From contig CM126218.1 of NCBI GenBank assembly GCA_052327205.1, positions 38,378,001-38,442,000 on the forward strand: DNA of 64,000 bases. The letters run 5' to 3'. A program made the translations under genes and the position numbers. The stretch is from Somniosus microcephalus. Its lineage: Eukaryota. Position 1 is the first letter of the stretch. Each line of letters begins with the position of its first letter. Below the pieces are notes generated by a model, which was given only the letters and a program-made list of their open reading frames with translations, searched no databases and was not told the origin of the DNA. Below, in pieces: positions 1 through 12,019 of this stretch.

Positions 1-1057
1 TAATGGGACTTTTTCCGAGTGGCAGGCAGTGACTAGTGGGGTACCGCAGGGATTGGTCCTTGGACCCCAGCTATTCACAATATACATTAATGATCTAGAT
101 AAGGGAACTAGATGTAATATCTCCAAGTTTGCAGACAACACAAAGCTGGGTGGGCGTGTGTGCTGCGAGGAGGATACCGAGAAACTCCAGGATGATTTGG
201 ACAGGTTGGGTGATTGGGCAGAAGCGTGGCAGATGCAATATAACATGGATAAATGCGAGGTTATCCACTTTGGTGTCAAAAACAGAAAGGCAGACTATTA
301 TCTGTATATGTCAATAGATTGGGAGAAGGGGAAGTGCAACGAGACCGGGGTGTCATTGTGCACCAGTCGCTGAAGGTAAGCATGCAGGTGCAGCAGGCGG
401 TGAAGAAGGCAAATGGTATGTTGGCCTTCATAGCGAAAGGGTTTGAGTACAGGAGCAAGGATGTCCTGCTGCAGTTGTACAGTGCCTTGGTGAGACCACA
501 CCTTGAGTACTGTGTGCAGTTTTGGTCGCCTTATCTGAGGAAGGATGTTCTTGCCATGGAAGGAGTTCAGCGAAGATTCACAAGGCTGATCCCTGGGCTG
601 GCAGGAATGACGTATGAGGAGAGATTGGGTCGATTGGGCTTGCACTCACTGGAGTTTAGAAGAATGAGAGGGGATCTCATCGAAACTTATAAAATTCTGA
701 CAGGTCTGGACAAACTAGATGCAGGTAGAATGTTCCCGATGGTCGGAGAGTCCAGGAACCAGGGGTCATAGTCTAAGGATAAGGGGTAAGCCATTTAGGA
801 CAGAGAGGAGGAAGAATTTCTTCACCCAGAGAGTGTTGAACCTGTGGAATTCTCTACCACAGAAGGCGGTTGAGGCCAAGTCTTTAAATATATTCAAGAA
901 GGAGTTAGATATATTTCTTAGAGCTAAAGGTATCTAGGGATATGGGGAGAAGGCAGGTACGGGGTACTGAGTTTGGATGATCAGCCATGACCTCATCGAA
1001 TGGCGGAGCAGGCTCGAGGGGCCGAATGTCCTGCTCCTATCTTCTATGTATCTATGT
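1..1057 (+). mobile_element. CR1 LINE, 3' part of ORF2 (RT C-terminus), degenerate
   Basis: Frames give [48 protein letters not shown] and FFTQRVLNLWNSLP, with frameshifts. Ends in a tctatgtatctatgt tail. Runs off the left edge of the window. Confidence 0.95.
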
Positions 1058-1142
1058 AAGCATTAGCGTCACTACATAATGCAATTCGCATTCAGGTCTT
1101 ACTGCCTTATAACATTGACGAGCAAGTGAGTGATTTTTTATT

Positions 1143-1206
1143 CTCTGGAGTGGGACTTAAGCACACAACCTTCTGACAGAGGCGAGAGTGCTACCACTGA
1201 GCCACA
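1143..1206 (-). mobile_element. tRNA-derived SINE head fragment
   Basis: Reverse complement reads gtggctcagtggtagcactctcgcctctgtcagaaggttgtgtgcttaagtcccactccaga: an A box (TGGCTCAGTGG) plus a degenerate B box. Confidence 0.6.
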
Positions 1207-1269
1207 GCCTGAGCTGAGGAGGCATAGGCTGCTCGGGATCAGGAAGGCCAAGCTGCCCGTTCAAGTTAC

Positions 1270-1380
1270 CGAAGATGCCTGGAGGGTGGTGGGGCACTGG
1301 CTCTTAGTGTGACCTCTGTGACACCACGGACCCCAGAGCAGCATTGCAAGAAATTTAATAACCTGACCAGGGCAAGACAC
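1270..1380 (+). mobile_element. Degenerate Myb/SANT-like fragment, probably from a PIF/Harbinger transposon
   Basis: AWRVVG followed by TPRTPEQHCKKFNNLTR resembles the W...RTxxQCxKKFNDL pattern of Harbinger Myb/SANT proteins. The frame is broken. Confidence 0.4.
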
Positions 1381-2529
1381 TCACTATTCTCTCCCTTTCT
1401 TCTGCTTTAAAATTTTCGCTGAGCAACAACGGCCGAAGAGACGATAGCTGTTATGGGCCGCCTCTCTCTGAGCTGCAGAGGCAGGTGACGTGTCTTTAAG
1501 GAACAGAATGGGCAGTAGCCTCACACGGAGTGCAAACTATTGGAAGAATGTGTTTACTCAGGACGTCACCCAGCACCTTGGTTTTGAGAGGCCCCTTTCT
1601 TAAAGTGGTGCACTGACACCATAAGGGGGGCGCCATAACAGCAGGTTGTAAGGGAAAAGCCAGCTCAAGGTCACATCCTGCACGCAAATCCGTAGTATGT
1701 TCATCTGCAGAGCTCCCTAATAATAGACCAAACACTCGTTCGCCCGCCCCGGAAACAAGCTGGCATTCTGAGACATGCATCTCTTGCACACTGTCTCTTC
1801 TGTCCTTACAGGTCAAGTTGGCGGGCAATGGACAGGAGAGGGGTTGGTGCGTGACCCCATTCCTCTGAGCCCTGAGCCCCTACGAGGAGAAGGCCCTCAA
1901 GCTCCTGAACTGTCACAGAGAGTTGCCCATGGCACCAGCCTAGGTAAATGTGTCTAGCGTGCTCCTACTCGACTAGAATCGCTCCACGGCAGCACTAAGC
2001 TGACTGAAACACTAATTTGTACTCTTGTAAAATATTTTTCATGATATGTATCTTTAATCTATGCATTCGAAAGAAGCGGCTGGCTGTATTAGGTGTTAGA
2101 AGATACTTTACATCCGTCCATTTAATCTTGCCTGATTAATTCATCAGAACCCAGCTGCTTCATGTATATTGTTAACTTACTAACAGAAGTATGTTTGCTC
2201 TTTAGTACAGAGTTCTAGGATTCCATGTTCCTATTTTTGCACCAAAAGCATTGATTTATCTTAGGAAGCTTGGTTGCACAGTATTTGCTCTTAGAGTTTG
2301 GTCAGTAGGAGTGTGATCTCATTTTACTCCCTAAGTATCCTGCGCAGTGCATTGTTTTCTTTACCTTAGTCCCTGCCATTTGTACCTGCAAACCATGAAC
2401 CGTAGCTTAGTATTCTCTCATACAGCTAGATGCTGCAAGAATTGAATTGGGAGGATGCAGCCTGTAATTACTAAGCTTACCCAATTTCTACTTTTCTTAC
2501 GTTTGATATTAATGCCCTTGAATGCACAT

Positions 2530-3206
2530 CGCCGAATCCCCACCATCAATATCCTGGGGGTCACCATTGACCAGAAACTTAACTGGACCAGCCAAATAAA
2601 TACTGTGGCAACAAGAGCAGGTCAGAGGCTAGGTATTCTGCAACGAGTGTCTCACCTCCTGGCTCCCCAAAGCCTTTCCACCATCTACAAGGCACAAGTC
2701 AGGAGTGTGATGGAATATTGTCCACTTGCCTGGATGAGTGCAGCTCCAACAACACTCAAAAAGCTCGACATTATCCAAGACAAAGCAGCCCGCTTGATTG
2801 GCACCCCATCCACCACCTTAAACATTCACTCCCTCCACCATCGGTGTACCGTGGCTGCAGTGTGTACCATCTACAAGATGCACTAAGGCTTCTTCGGCAC
2901 CTCCTAAACCCACGACCTCTTCCACCTTGAAGAATAAGGGCAGCAGACGCATGGGAACACCACCACCTCCAAGTGCCCCTCCAAGTCACACACCATCCTG
3001 ACTTAGAATATATCACCGATCCTTCATTATCACGGGATCAAAATCCTGGAACTCCCTACCAGCACTGTGGGAGTACCTTCACCACATGGACAGCAGCGGT
3101 TCAAGGCGGCAGCTTACCACCACCTTTTCAAGGACAATTAGGGATGGGCAATAAATGCTGGCCTTGCCAGCGGCGTCCACATCCTAGGAACGAATTTTAA
3201 AAAAAT
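2530..3206 (+). mobile_element. 5'-truncated CR1/L2-group LINE 3' end (a second family)
   Basis: ORF reads INILGVTIDQKLNWTSQIN...IYKAQVRSVMEYCPLAW...LDIIQDKAARLI (post-RT LINE region). AATAAA near 3150, then an A-rich tail near 3199-3205. Confidence 0.85.
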
Positions 3207-3314
3207 ATCCAGGACAGGGAAATTCAGAACTTTTATCAGCACCCAGAACACTGACTGCTATTTTGGAATAATGCATGTCCATGGGAGAGAAACTCCTTCA
3301 GTTATACTTATCTC

Positions 3315-4857
3315 AAACATAGAAACATAGAAGATAGGAGCAGGAGTAGGCCATTCGGCCCCTCTAGCCTGCTCCGCCATTCAATGCGATCATGGCTGAT
3401 CATCCAAGTTCAGTACCCGGTCCCTGCTTTCTCCCCATACCCCTTGATCCCTTTAGCCTTAAGAAATATATCCAACTCCTTCTTGAATATATTTAATGAA
3501 TTGGCCTCTACTGCCTTCTGTGGTAGAGAATTCCACAGGTTCACCACTCTCTGGGTGAAGAAATTCCTCCTCATTTCTGTCCTAAAAGGCCCCCTTATCC
3601 ATAGACTGTGACCCCTGGTTCTGGATTCCCCGACCATTGGGAACATCCTTCCTGCATCTAGTCTGTCCAGTCCTGCCAGAATTTTATAAGTTTCAATGAG
3701 ATCCCCTCTCATTCTTCTGAACGCCAGCAAGTACAAGCCCAATCGACCCAATCTCTCCTCATACGTCATTCCTGCCATCCCAGGTATGAGCCTGGTGAAT
3801 CTTCGCTGAACTCCTTCCATGGCAAGAATATCCTTCCTCAGATAAGGCGACCAAAACTGCATACAATACTCAAGATGTGGTCTCACCAAGGCCCTGTACA
3901 ACTGCAGCAAGACATCCTTGTTCTTGTACTCAAACCCTCTCGCTATGAAGGCCAACATACCATTTGCCTTCTTAACCGCCTGCTGCACCTGCATGCTTAC
4001 CTTCAGCGACTGGTGCACGAGGACACCCAGGTCTTGTTGCACTTCCCCTTCTCCCAATCTATTGCCATTCAGATAATAATCTGCCTTCCTGTTTTTGCCA
4101 CCAAAGTGGATAACCTCACATTTATCCACGTTATATTGCATCTGCCATGCTTCTGCCCAATCACCCAACCTGTCCAAATCATCCTGTAGTTTCTCGGCAT
4201 CCTCCTTATAGCACACACGCCCACCCAGCTTTGTGTTGTCTGCAAATTTGGAGATATTACATCTAGTTCCCTCGTCTAGATCATTAATATATATTGTGAA
4301 TAGCTGGGGGTCCAAGGACCGATCCCTGCGGTACCCCACTAGTCACTGCCTGCCACTTGGAAAAAGACCCGTTTATTCCAACTCTTTGCTTTCTATCTGC
4401 CAACCAGTTCTCTATCCAAGTCAATACCTTGCCCCCAATCCCATGTGCCTTAACTTTACACGCTAATCTCTTATGTGGGACCTTATCGAAAGCCTTCTGA
4501 AAGTCCAAATACACCACATCCACTGGTTCTCCCTTATCTATTTTACTAGTTACATCCTCAAAAAATTCCAGTCGATTAGTCAAGCACGATTTACCTTTTG
4601 TAAATCCATGTTGACTTTGTCCGATCCTGTCACTGTTTTCCAAGTGCTCAGCTATTACATCCTTTATAATGGACTCTAGCATTTTCCCCACTACCGATGT
4701 CAGGCTTACCGGTCTGTAATTCCCCGTTTTCTCTCTACCACCTTTTTTGAATAGTGGGGTAACATTAGCTACCCTCCAATCCATGGGTACTGTTCCAGAT
4801 TTCATCGAATGTTGGAAGATGATCACCAATGCATCTACTATTTCTAGGGCCACTTCA
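3315..4857 (-). mobile_element. CR1 LINE, 5'-truncated, same family as 1-1057
   Basis: ORFs 4284-4862 and 3410-4339 give [41 protein letters not shown] and FADNTK, split by a frameshift. Tail aaacatagaaacatagaa at 3315-3332. Confidence 0.95.
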
Positions 4858-5136
4858 AACACAAATTGAACATTAAAATGAAGAGGTTAGTGGAATTCAC
4901 ATTCATTTCCAGCAACTCCAAAACTCCTTTTTCTATGTCAAGATTAGCATCAGAGAATCCATAAGCAAATGTTGTTAAGATTTGTTAAAGGCCAATTGAG
5001 GGGACCTCATGCAAAATTCTGGTGTTTTGGTATTACAAAGTTCGAGTGTTCTTGGGTTCAGTGTCACTGGTCAGTCCTATAAGTGGACCCTGCTTGTGGA
5101 GTTGACTATCACTGCCCAAAATCTAGTTAAAGCAAT

Positions 5137-5877
5137 GGCCCAGAAATTCGGGCCTCCACGGGTGAGTACTTATGGGTACTCACCCATAAGCCCAATGGAA
5201 GTGCCGGTTTCCTGCATGCACTGCACATGTGCGGGAAACCGGCACTTCCGATCCCCTGAATGAAGAGGTTCAGAGGTCGAACGCGTGCGTGGGAGAGGCA
5301 GTGCGTGCGCATTGAACTTCGTTTATCTTTGCAGGTTTTCCCGGGAGGGTAAGTCTCCAGAAGTTAGACATGTAAAAAGCAGGCATAAGGCCTGCTTTTT
5401 ACAAGGTAAGTGGTGAATTAATTAAAATTAAAACATTTTTTCCACAGGTTTATTATTTTTAAATACTTTAGCCCCGTTAGAAAATAAAATTATTTTTTTC
5501 AAAAATTTAAATTATTGTTTAAAATAGTTATTTCATGTAATTTATAGTTTATTTAAAAAATATGAAGTTTGTTTTAAATTTATTTGAAGATTTAGTACTG
5601 TTTTGGGGCCGTAGTATTTATAAGTCTTGACAGCTCTTCCTGTCAATCTTATGAATGGAGCATTCCCTGCTCCGATTGGCTCCCCATGGCCCACGTGATC
5701 CCAGGGGACGCATCGAACTAACTGCGCCCCTGGGATACGCAAGCACTGCGCGCCGGCAGCTGGACCAGGTCCTGGATCGGAATTCCACGGGGGCCCACAG
5801 CTCAACGGCCGGCGCGCAAGGTAAGTGCAGATCGGGGGCTTGCACCCGCGGAAGACCCCGACCTGAATTTCTGGGCC
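5137..5877. mobile_element. Non-autonomous TIR DNA transposon (PIF/Harbinger-like), copy 1
   Basis: Perfect 13-bp TIR: ggcccagaaattc (5137-5149) and gaatttctgggcc (5865-5877). AAT on both flanks (3-bp TSD). GC-rich arms with an AT-rich core. Second copy at 29112-29876. Confidence 0.85.
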
Positions 5878-8699
5878 AATAATAGTGTGATCTGGGGCCA
5901 TAACAATGAGCCCCTCGTGTCTATATTGGATATTATGATCTAGGACATGTTGCAATATGCATTTCTCCTATCATTTGGAAGGTGGACTGAGAAGCACTCC
6001 AGTCAGACAAAGAACAATAGTAAACTAACAATCTGGCTTAATTTACACAAAGTAAATGAATGAACGAATGCAGTCCCCTAGTGAAATACTTTGATTTCAT
6101 ATCACGACTTGTAACGTGGAAAGTAACAACGTGCACCACTCTATCTCTGTAATGTGCTAAACTCACTTTGCATGCCAGCAATCTCTGAGCTAGGTGGCAC
6201 TAGCCTTTCCCATTATAGGTCATGTGTTTATGCCCAAATGTGGAGGCTCTCATAGCGTTCCTCTGGCTGGAGAGAAAGCAAGACCCTTCTGCCTCTTTTG
6301 CTGTTCCAGATGTGAAACTTGCTACGGACGGTCTTTTCCCACAGAGGAATCCTAAAGCCTAACCTATGTCCCGCCCCACAGCTCTCTATTTAGAGGATTG
6401 GCTTATCAAGCTGCCAATCAGAACCACCGCCTTGACTAAGGACCTCCCCTCCTTGGTGTGAGAGCCATAGCATCTACATTACCTGATGCCTGGTAACTAG
6501 GATGCCTGCCATGCTCAACGAATGGAAGTTATTCTAACATCACAGGTGCAAATATCTCGAAGGCCTGGTAGATATGTCTCAAACGAATCTGATATACAAG
6601 AAACACAATTCTGAGATGGCTGGCATCCTAGCAAATTTGTCCAAAACAATTTCCCCGATAGCTTGTGTATTTCTGGGAGTTAACCCCTTGTAAACTGAAT
6701 TTGATTTCATGGCAACATCACAATATAAATTAACCCAAAAATATGTTCTAGACCAAATAGGTAACATTCTCAAAATGACACTTGGACTTCCCACGGCAAA
6801 AGTGATTTTTCTTCAGTACGCATTCTGCACACACCATTGGAGTGAATCAAAGCCAGGCAACGTTCCTGGGGAGGGGGTTATATTTGGGACAATTTCCCAT
6901 TTGAGGTTTGTGACACAGAGAAGACCCCAGTTGACTGCTCTTGCTTACACTCCATTTAAGGCAATCCCTTTCCCTAGAGTTTCAGTTTGCTTCTTTTCAG
7001 CTTTAAGTGAAATATTGCACATGCTCTCACCTTTCAGATTGTATACTTGCAGGAAAAACATATTTCAGAAATGTATTTTGTCAGTTTAGTGTAGTTGCAA
7101 ATTCTGTTTTTTAAAATAAGTTGGTTATTTTTCTCAACATTGATAGATCTATAATCAATGGGGTAAAAATTTGTCTGGACCGGCTTTCTGTCACTCATGC
7201 CACCTGGAGGGACGTGGTACTGGCACTGAATGCCAACTCTTACCCTGGGACTGCTGATTAATGCTGAAAAAAGTTCAATGCCCTCAAGGGCAGGCAAGGC
7301 AACACACAGGACACTCTCTCTTTTCTTCCTTGCCCACCCTGACCACCAACACATCCTTCACCCTCTTAAAGCAACAGTTTCACAACTAACCCTTCAAAAT
7401 GTAATCTGGTTAAGGGAGGCTCTAACTTGGCATTTTGCACTACGGCAAGCCACCTCCCCTAACTGCAATTACTTACTTGCACAACTCAACAGGCTGCTAC
7501 CTGCACCCCTCTCGCATTGGCTCTCCCATACCACATGGCACACACTCAACTCATGTACTCACTCTTCTTGCAGGAAGAATTAGTGCACAATACCCACAAG
7601 AGGCAGGCCACCAGAGGGGATGTCCCTAGCTTTAAACTCTTTGTGCCATACAAGGAAAAGACCATTGTGCTCATGGGAGGCACTCTGCCCTTGCCAAGGT
7701 CGGTGGCATATTGTCAACACCAGGTTAGTTACTGAAAAGCTACACTGTCGCCCTGCCATCCCTGTGAAGCACCACATAGATGCAACCTTCTACTCCATTT
7801 TTTGTCTCAATACCAAGAGGGTAATGCTTATGCATAGCTTCTACCCTCCTCTGATGGATGATCCACCACAGTAATGAGTGACACAGGACAAAAATGATGA
7901 TGATGAGGAGGAAGAACAGAGACTTTACTACCTCCTGATCAACTACAATGATGGCAAGGTGATGATCATAGGGAGGGAGATGATGTGGATTGAAGCCCAC
8001 CTGTGAACTTATGCACAGACCTCTTGCCCCATGTCCATTTGCCCCCAACCCCCCACAGCTCACCTCCTGCATCACTCACAGGCACCAGCTCAGATACTTT
8101 CACTTGGGGGCAATAATGTAATGTTAGATAGGATGTGGCATTTGGCAATTTGCAGAGCACGAGGACTGGGAAGTGGGTGGAGATGTGCTACCTTCCCTGC
8201 AGAGGCTGAGGAGAAGGCCTTTGTCTTGCAAAATGTATGCACAAAAACCTCAGTTTTAAGGTTTTAAATAAAAATATTCTTGACCTCGTCATTTGCCGTA
8301 TGCTAGCTGTTCGGTGGTAACGACACATGGATCAGTAAAAGGCTGTGAAGCATAATGAACCCAGGTTATAATGGCAGATTGTCAAGCAACAAAGGTATTT
8401 CATTATTTTTGTGCTTATCCTATTATATACTTGTTTCACACAACTGGGTAAGATATTTGCAAAACAGGAAACCAAATTATCTTTTTGTAGCACATTATCA
8501 ATTCAAGTACAGCAATACTTGCAAGTTTTGTCACTTTAATTCTTATAACACAAAATAAAGAAAAGTTTACAAATATCACAAGTGTAGACCAGACTTTTCT
8601 GTACAAGATAGAGACTGGCTTGTAGCATACTCTGAGGAAATGGTTCCAGTTATTGAAACAAAATGCACAGTATTTATCTCCACCACAGAATCAACCCCT

Positions 8700-10010
8700 C
8701 TCCTAAGACACGTGATGAACCTAAGAGTGGCTAAAAGCAATTTACGATGAACACCAAGGAAATGTGTCAATCATATTGGCTAGATCTGTGCGAGAAGATA
8801 CAAACGTCCTTTGAAAAGGGATGCATAAGAATCATGTATGATGGAATAAAGAAAGCAAGAAGACTGCACCACTCAAATCCCTCAATGGAAACATCAGCAG
8901 TGACCGAGATAAACAGATGTTACGCTGGGTAGAATACTATCGGGAACTTGACTCATGAAACTACTGGTTCTGAAGCAGCATTAAATGCAATCCCCAGACT
9001 TCAGACCATTGACGAGCTTGATATACAACCATCTATAAATTAGCTTGAAATGGCAACCATCTCCTTGGAATCAGGAAAGGCTGCAGGAAAAGATCGAATT
9101 CCAACTGAGGTATTGGAAACAAGGATGACAGGTTGTGCTTAAACACCTCCACAATGTCTTGCTTGCATGCTGGAGGGAGGAGTACCACAAGACATGAAGG
9201 ATGCTAACATCATTCTGTTGTGCAAAAACAAAGATTGCATTGATTGCAACAACTGGAGGGGAATTTCTCTCCTTAGGATTGTTGTTGAGACATTCTCATG
9301 GGTCAAGGTAGCAAGTACTTGCTGAACGTATTTATCCAGAGTCAGTGCAGCTTCTGTGCTATTGGATCAACTATTGACATGATCTTTGCCCTAAGGCAAC
9401 TGGAAAAAGTGTCAGGAGCAGGGAAAGGCGCTTTACATGGCCTATAGAAATCTTACAACAGCTTTTGATCTGGTCAGCTGGAAGGGCCTTCTTCAATTAC
9501 TGGAGAGAATTGGTTGCCCCTCAGTCCTGCGCAGTCTGATTTTATCCTTTCATGATGGTATGAAGGCTACAATCTAGTACCATGATAATCGATCTGCCAG
9601 CTTTAAAATCTGTAGTGGTGTTAAACAGGATGTGTTTTGGCACCAACATTCTTTGGTATATTCATCTCTCTGCTACTATATTATGTTTTCTCATGTAGTG
9701 CCAAAAGTTTATTACTCCAGACAAGATCAGTTGGAAAACTCTTTAATATTGCTCATCTCACACAGTGAAGTGGAACTAAAACAGTATTCCAATAGGTTTT
9801 CGCTAGCTTGCAATGAATTTGGACGAACCATCACTCGAAAGAAGACAGTGATCATGGCAGAAGGCGAGTTGACTGCACTGGAAGTTTCAATAGCGAACAC
9901 CACACTAGAAGCTGTACAAAAGTTCAGTTACGTGGGATCAACTGTATCCGGTAACTTACCTCTAAATGTCGAGCTGAATTCTCGCATTGAAAAGGCAGCA
10001 ACTCTTTTCC
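8700..10010 (+). mobile_element. Old, degenerate RTE-clade LINE
   Basis: Broken frames give YWLDLCEKIQ...MYDGIKKA, GKAAGKDRIP, LTTAFDLVS, FGRTITRKKTVIM and LEAVQKFSYVGSTVS, with many stops. Boundaries approximate. Confidence 0.75.
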
Positions 10011-11522
10011 CCATATCTACCTGCATGCTGGCAGGCGCCCGTGGGCTGCCCGGTTTTCCGTAGGTCAGCAGCCACTTCCCACCTAGAACAGGCGAGCAGT
10101 GGGCCGGCAGTATGGTAGAGGTCTGTGGTCTCACGCTGCCGCCAGGTGGGCGAGAAATTAACTCGCCGGCGCAGTTTCCCACTGGACAACTGCTGGGAGT
10201 TAAAATCCACCCCCACCCTTTTTATATGTGACAAGCAAAAGGGTCGGAATTATGTGAATGCGGGGACTTCTGGGTACAACAGCTCTCAGATTGAAGACCA
10301 ATAGACCACAGCGGCATTAGTAAAGTTGGTCAGATTTCAGCTCCCTCACTGCTTCATTACCCGCTTAACAAGCGTCTCAGCAGCATTACTGCAAGTGCAT
10401 TCTGATTGGCTGGTTAGTTGCTGGCGCATGCCAACAAATGCAATCTTGCAGAAATCTCATGGTTCAAAATAGGGCCTTCCTGCAATGTTATTACGACAAA
10501 AAGAAATGTAATGCAACTTTAATGAATTTACTGCACAAAGAGGAATTTCATCCCCTTCTTACCCATTAAAGGAACTCCTGAGGAGACAATTCGGCACTGA
10601 AGTAGCGTTGATAATGTTTAGTGCATACACTAAATTTGGAATATCAGTGGGATATTTTTGCTCCTTCATTGATTGTTTCGCAGTAGCTCTAACAGAACCG
10701 TATTGATTTTATATAACCAAATTAAATATTCAATACTGTTGGTGTTATGCTAAATACATCAGTATGCTGATCACCAGGAGAGTAAATGTCAGACCACTAT
10801 TTATTCAGCAAAGCTGTATGAATAAAGCAGCTCTCTTGCATATCAAATGGCGGATGAGTATTTTCATCTGACATGTCATGCCTGCCCGATTCAGTTCGCT
10901 GTCCATCCTATGTCCTGTACACAACAATGAAAACATTGAGAGAGCTTGTGAAATTATGCAGATAGACCAAAAGGACAGCTTAGATGAGAGTTAATGGCAG
11001 AGGGTGAACATATGGCCTGTAGGTCTGGGATGATAAGCTTTATCACAAGGAGTAGAAAATCTCTCAGGCACCATAGTTTATTATTATGCTTTATAGATGA
11101 TGCTTATTTCTTCAGTTAAAGAATAACCATTTTGAAGAATGAGATCAGAATTAATTATCCTCATACGTGTGATTTAGCAAACTTCTTTAGATTTATTCAT
11201 TCATTTTATTGATATCATTTTGACATCACATCAACACGGACACAAGAAGTCCTCGATTGTGTTTATGTCTTCCATTAGATGTGTAGGTAGATCGAACTTC
11301 CACCCACTTCATTGTATTTCTCTTGTGAATAATAGGATTTTCATCCCTTCAATGGAGGATATTAAAAATGGAGCAAAATAAACTTTTTAAATTACAAATG
11401 TGGCCATACATTTAATTCAAATTTTGAATTACTGTTTAAACTCAAAAATAGTGTACATAAATACCGTGGGTCTCACAAGACAGAAAAGGAAGGTTTATAT
11501 TTCACACTTTCGTTTACTAGTG

Positions 11523-11618
11523 GGTACATGGAGTTAGGTCGCAGATCAGCCATGATCTCATTGAATGGCAGAACAGGTTCGAGGGGCTGAATGGCCTACT
11601 CCTGTTCCTATGTTCCTA
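11523..11618 (+). mobile_element. CR1 3'-terminal fragment
   Basis: gatcagccatgatctcattgaatggc...gaggggctgaatggcctactcctgttcctatgttcctat matches the CR1 3' ends at 980-1057 and 33630-33713. Confidence 0.8.
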
Positions 11619-12019
11619 TATTTGTCAAAGTTGCCTCCTGGGAATCATTACACAATTATTCAATGAAGAATTGAAATATCAACACGACAATATTGGTGGT
11701 GATGGAGTCTTTGTTGATCCATTATGGTCCCATTCGGACTGAACTAATCATCCCACAAAGCTGAATGATAAAAGAAACCGTTGGAATCCAGTGGACTTAA
11801 AACTAGGACTCGACTGAGTTTTAAACTTTGTAACTAAATAATTTAAGAGGTACAACTCCTGATGTAAACTAATGGAATTTGATCTGCTAAGTTACTGCAA
11901 ATGGGAGAAAGTGATTCTGACCAATCCATAATCAGATTAATGCATAGGCTTTGGCTTTTAGCCAACGTGAGGTGATAATTTTACAATGTGACAAGGCAGT
12001 GAAACAAATCGTAAAACAT

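Noticed and set aside
1143-1206. tRNA gene
   Set aside because: Only a partial A/B-box head with no complete cloverleaf. Better explained as a SINE.
1058-12000. 3' exons of a convergent neighbour (APAF1 lies tail-to-tail with ANKS1B in human)
   Set aside because: I could not find a recognisable WD40 or APAF1 peptide by eye. TBLASTN would be needed to exclude it.
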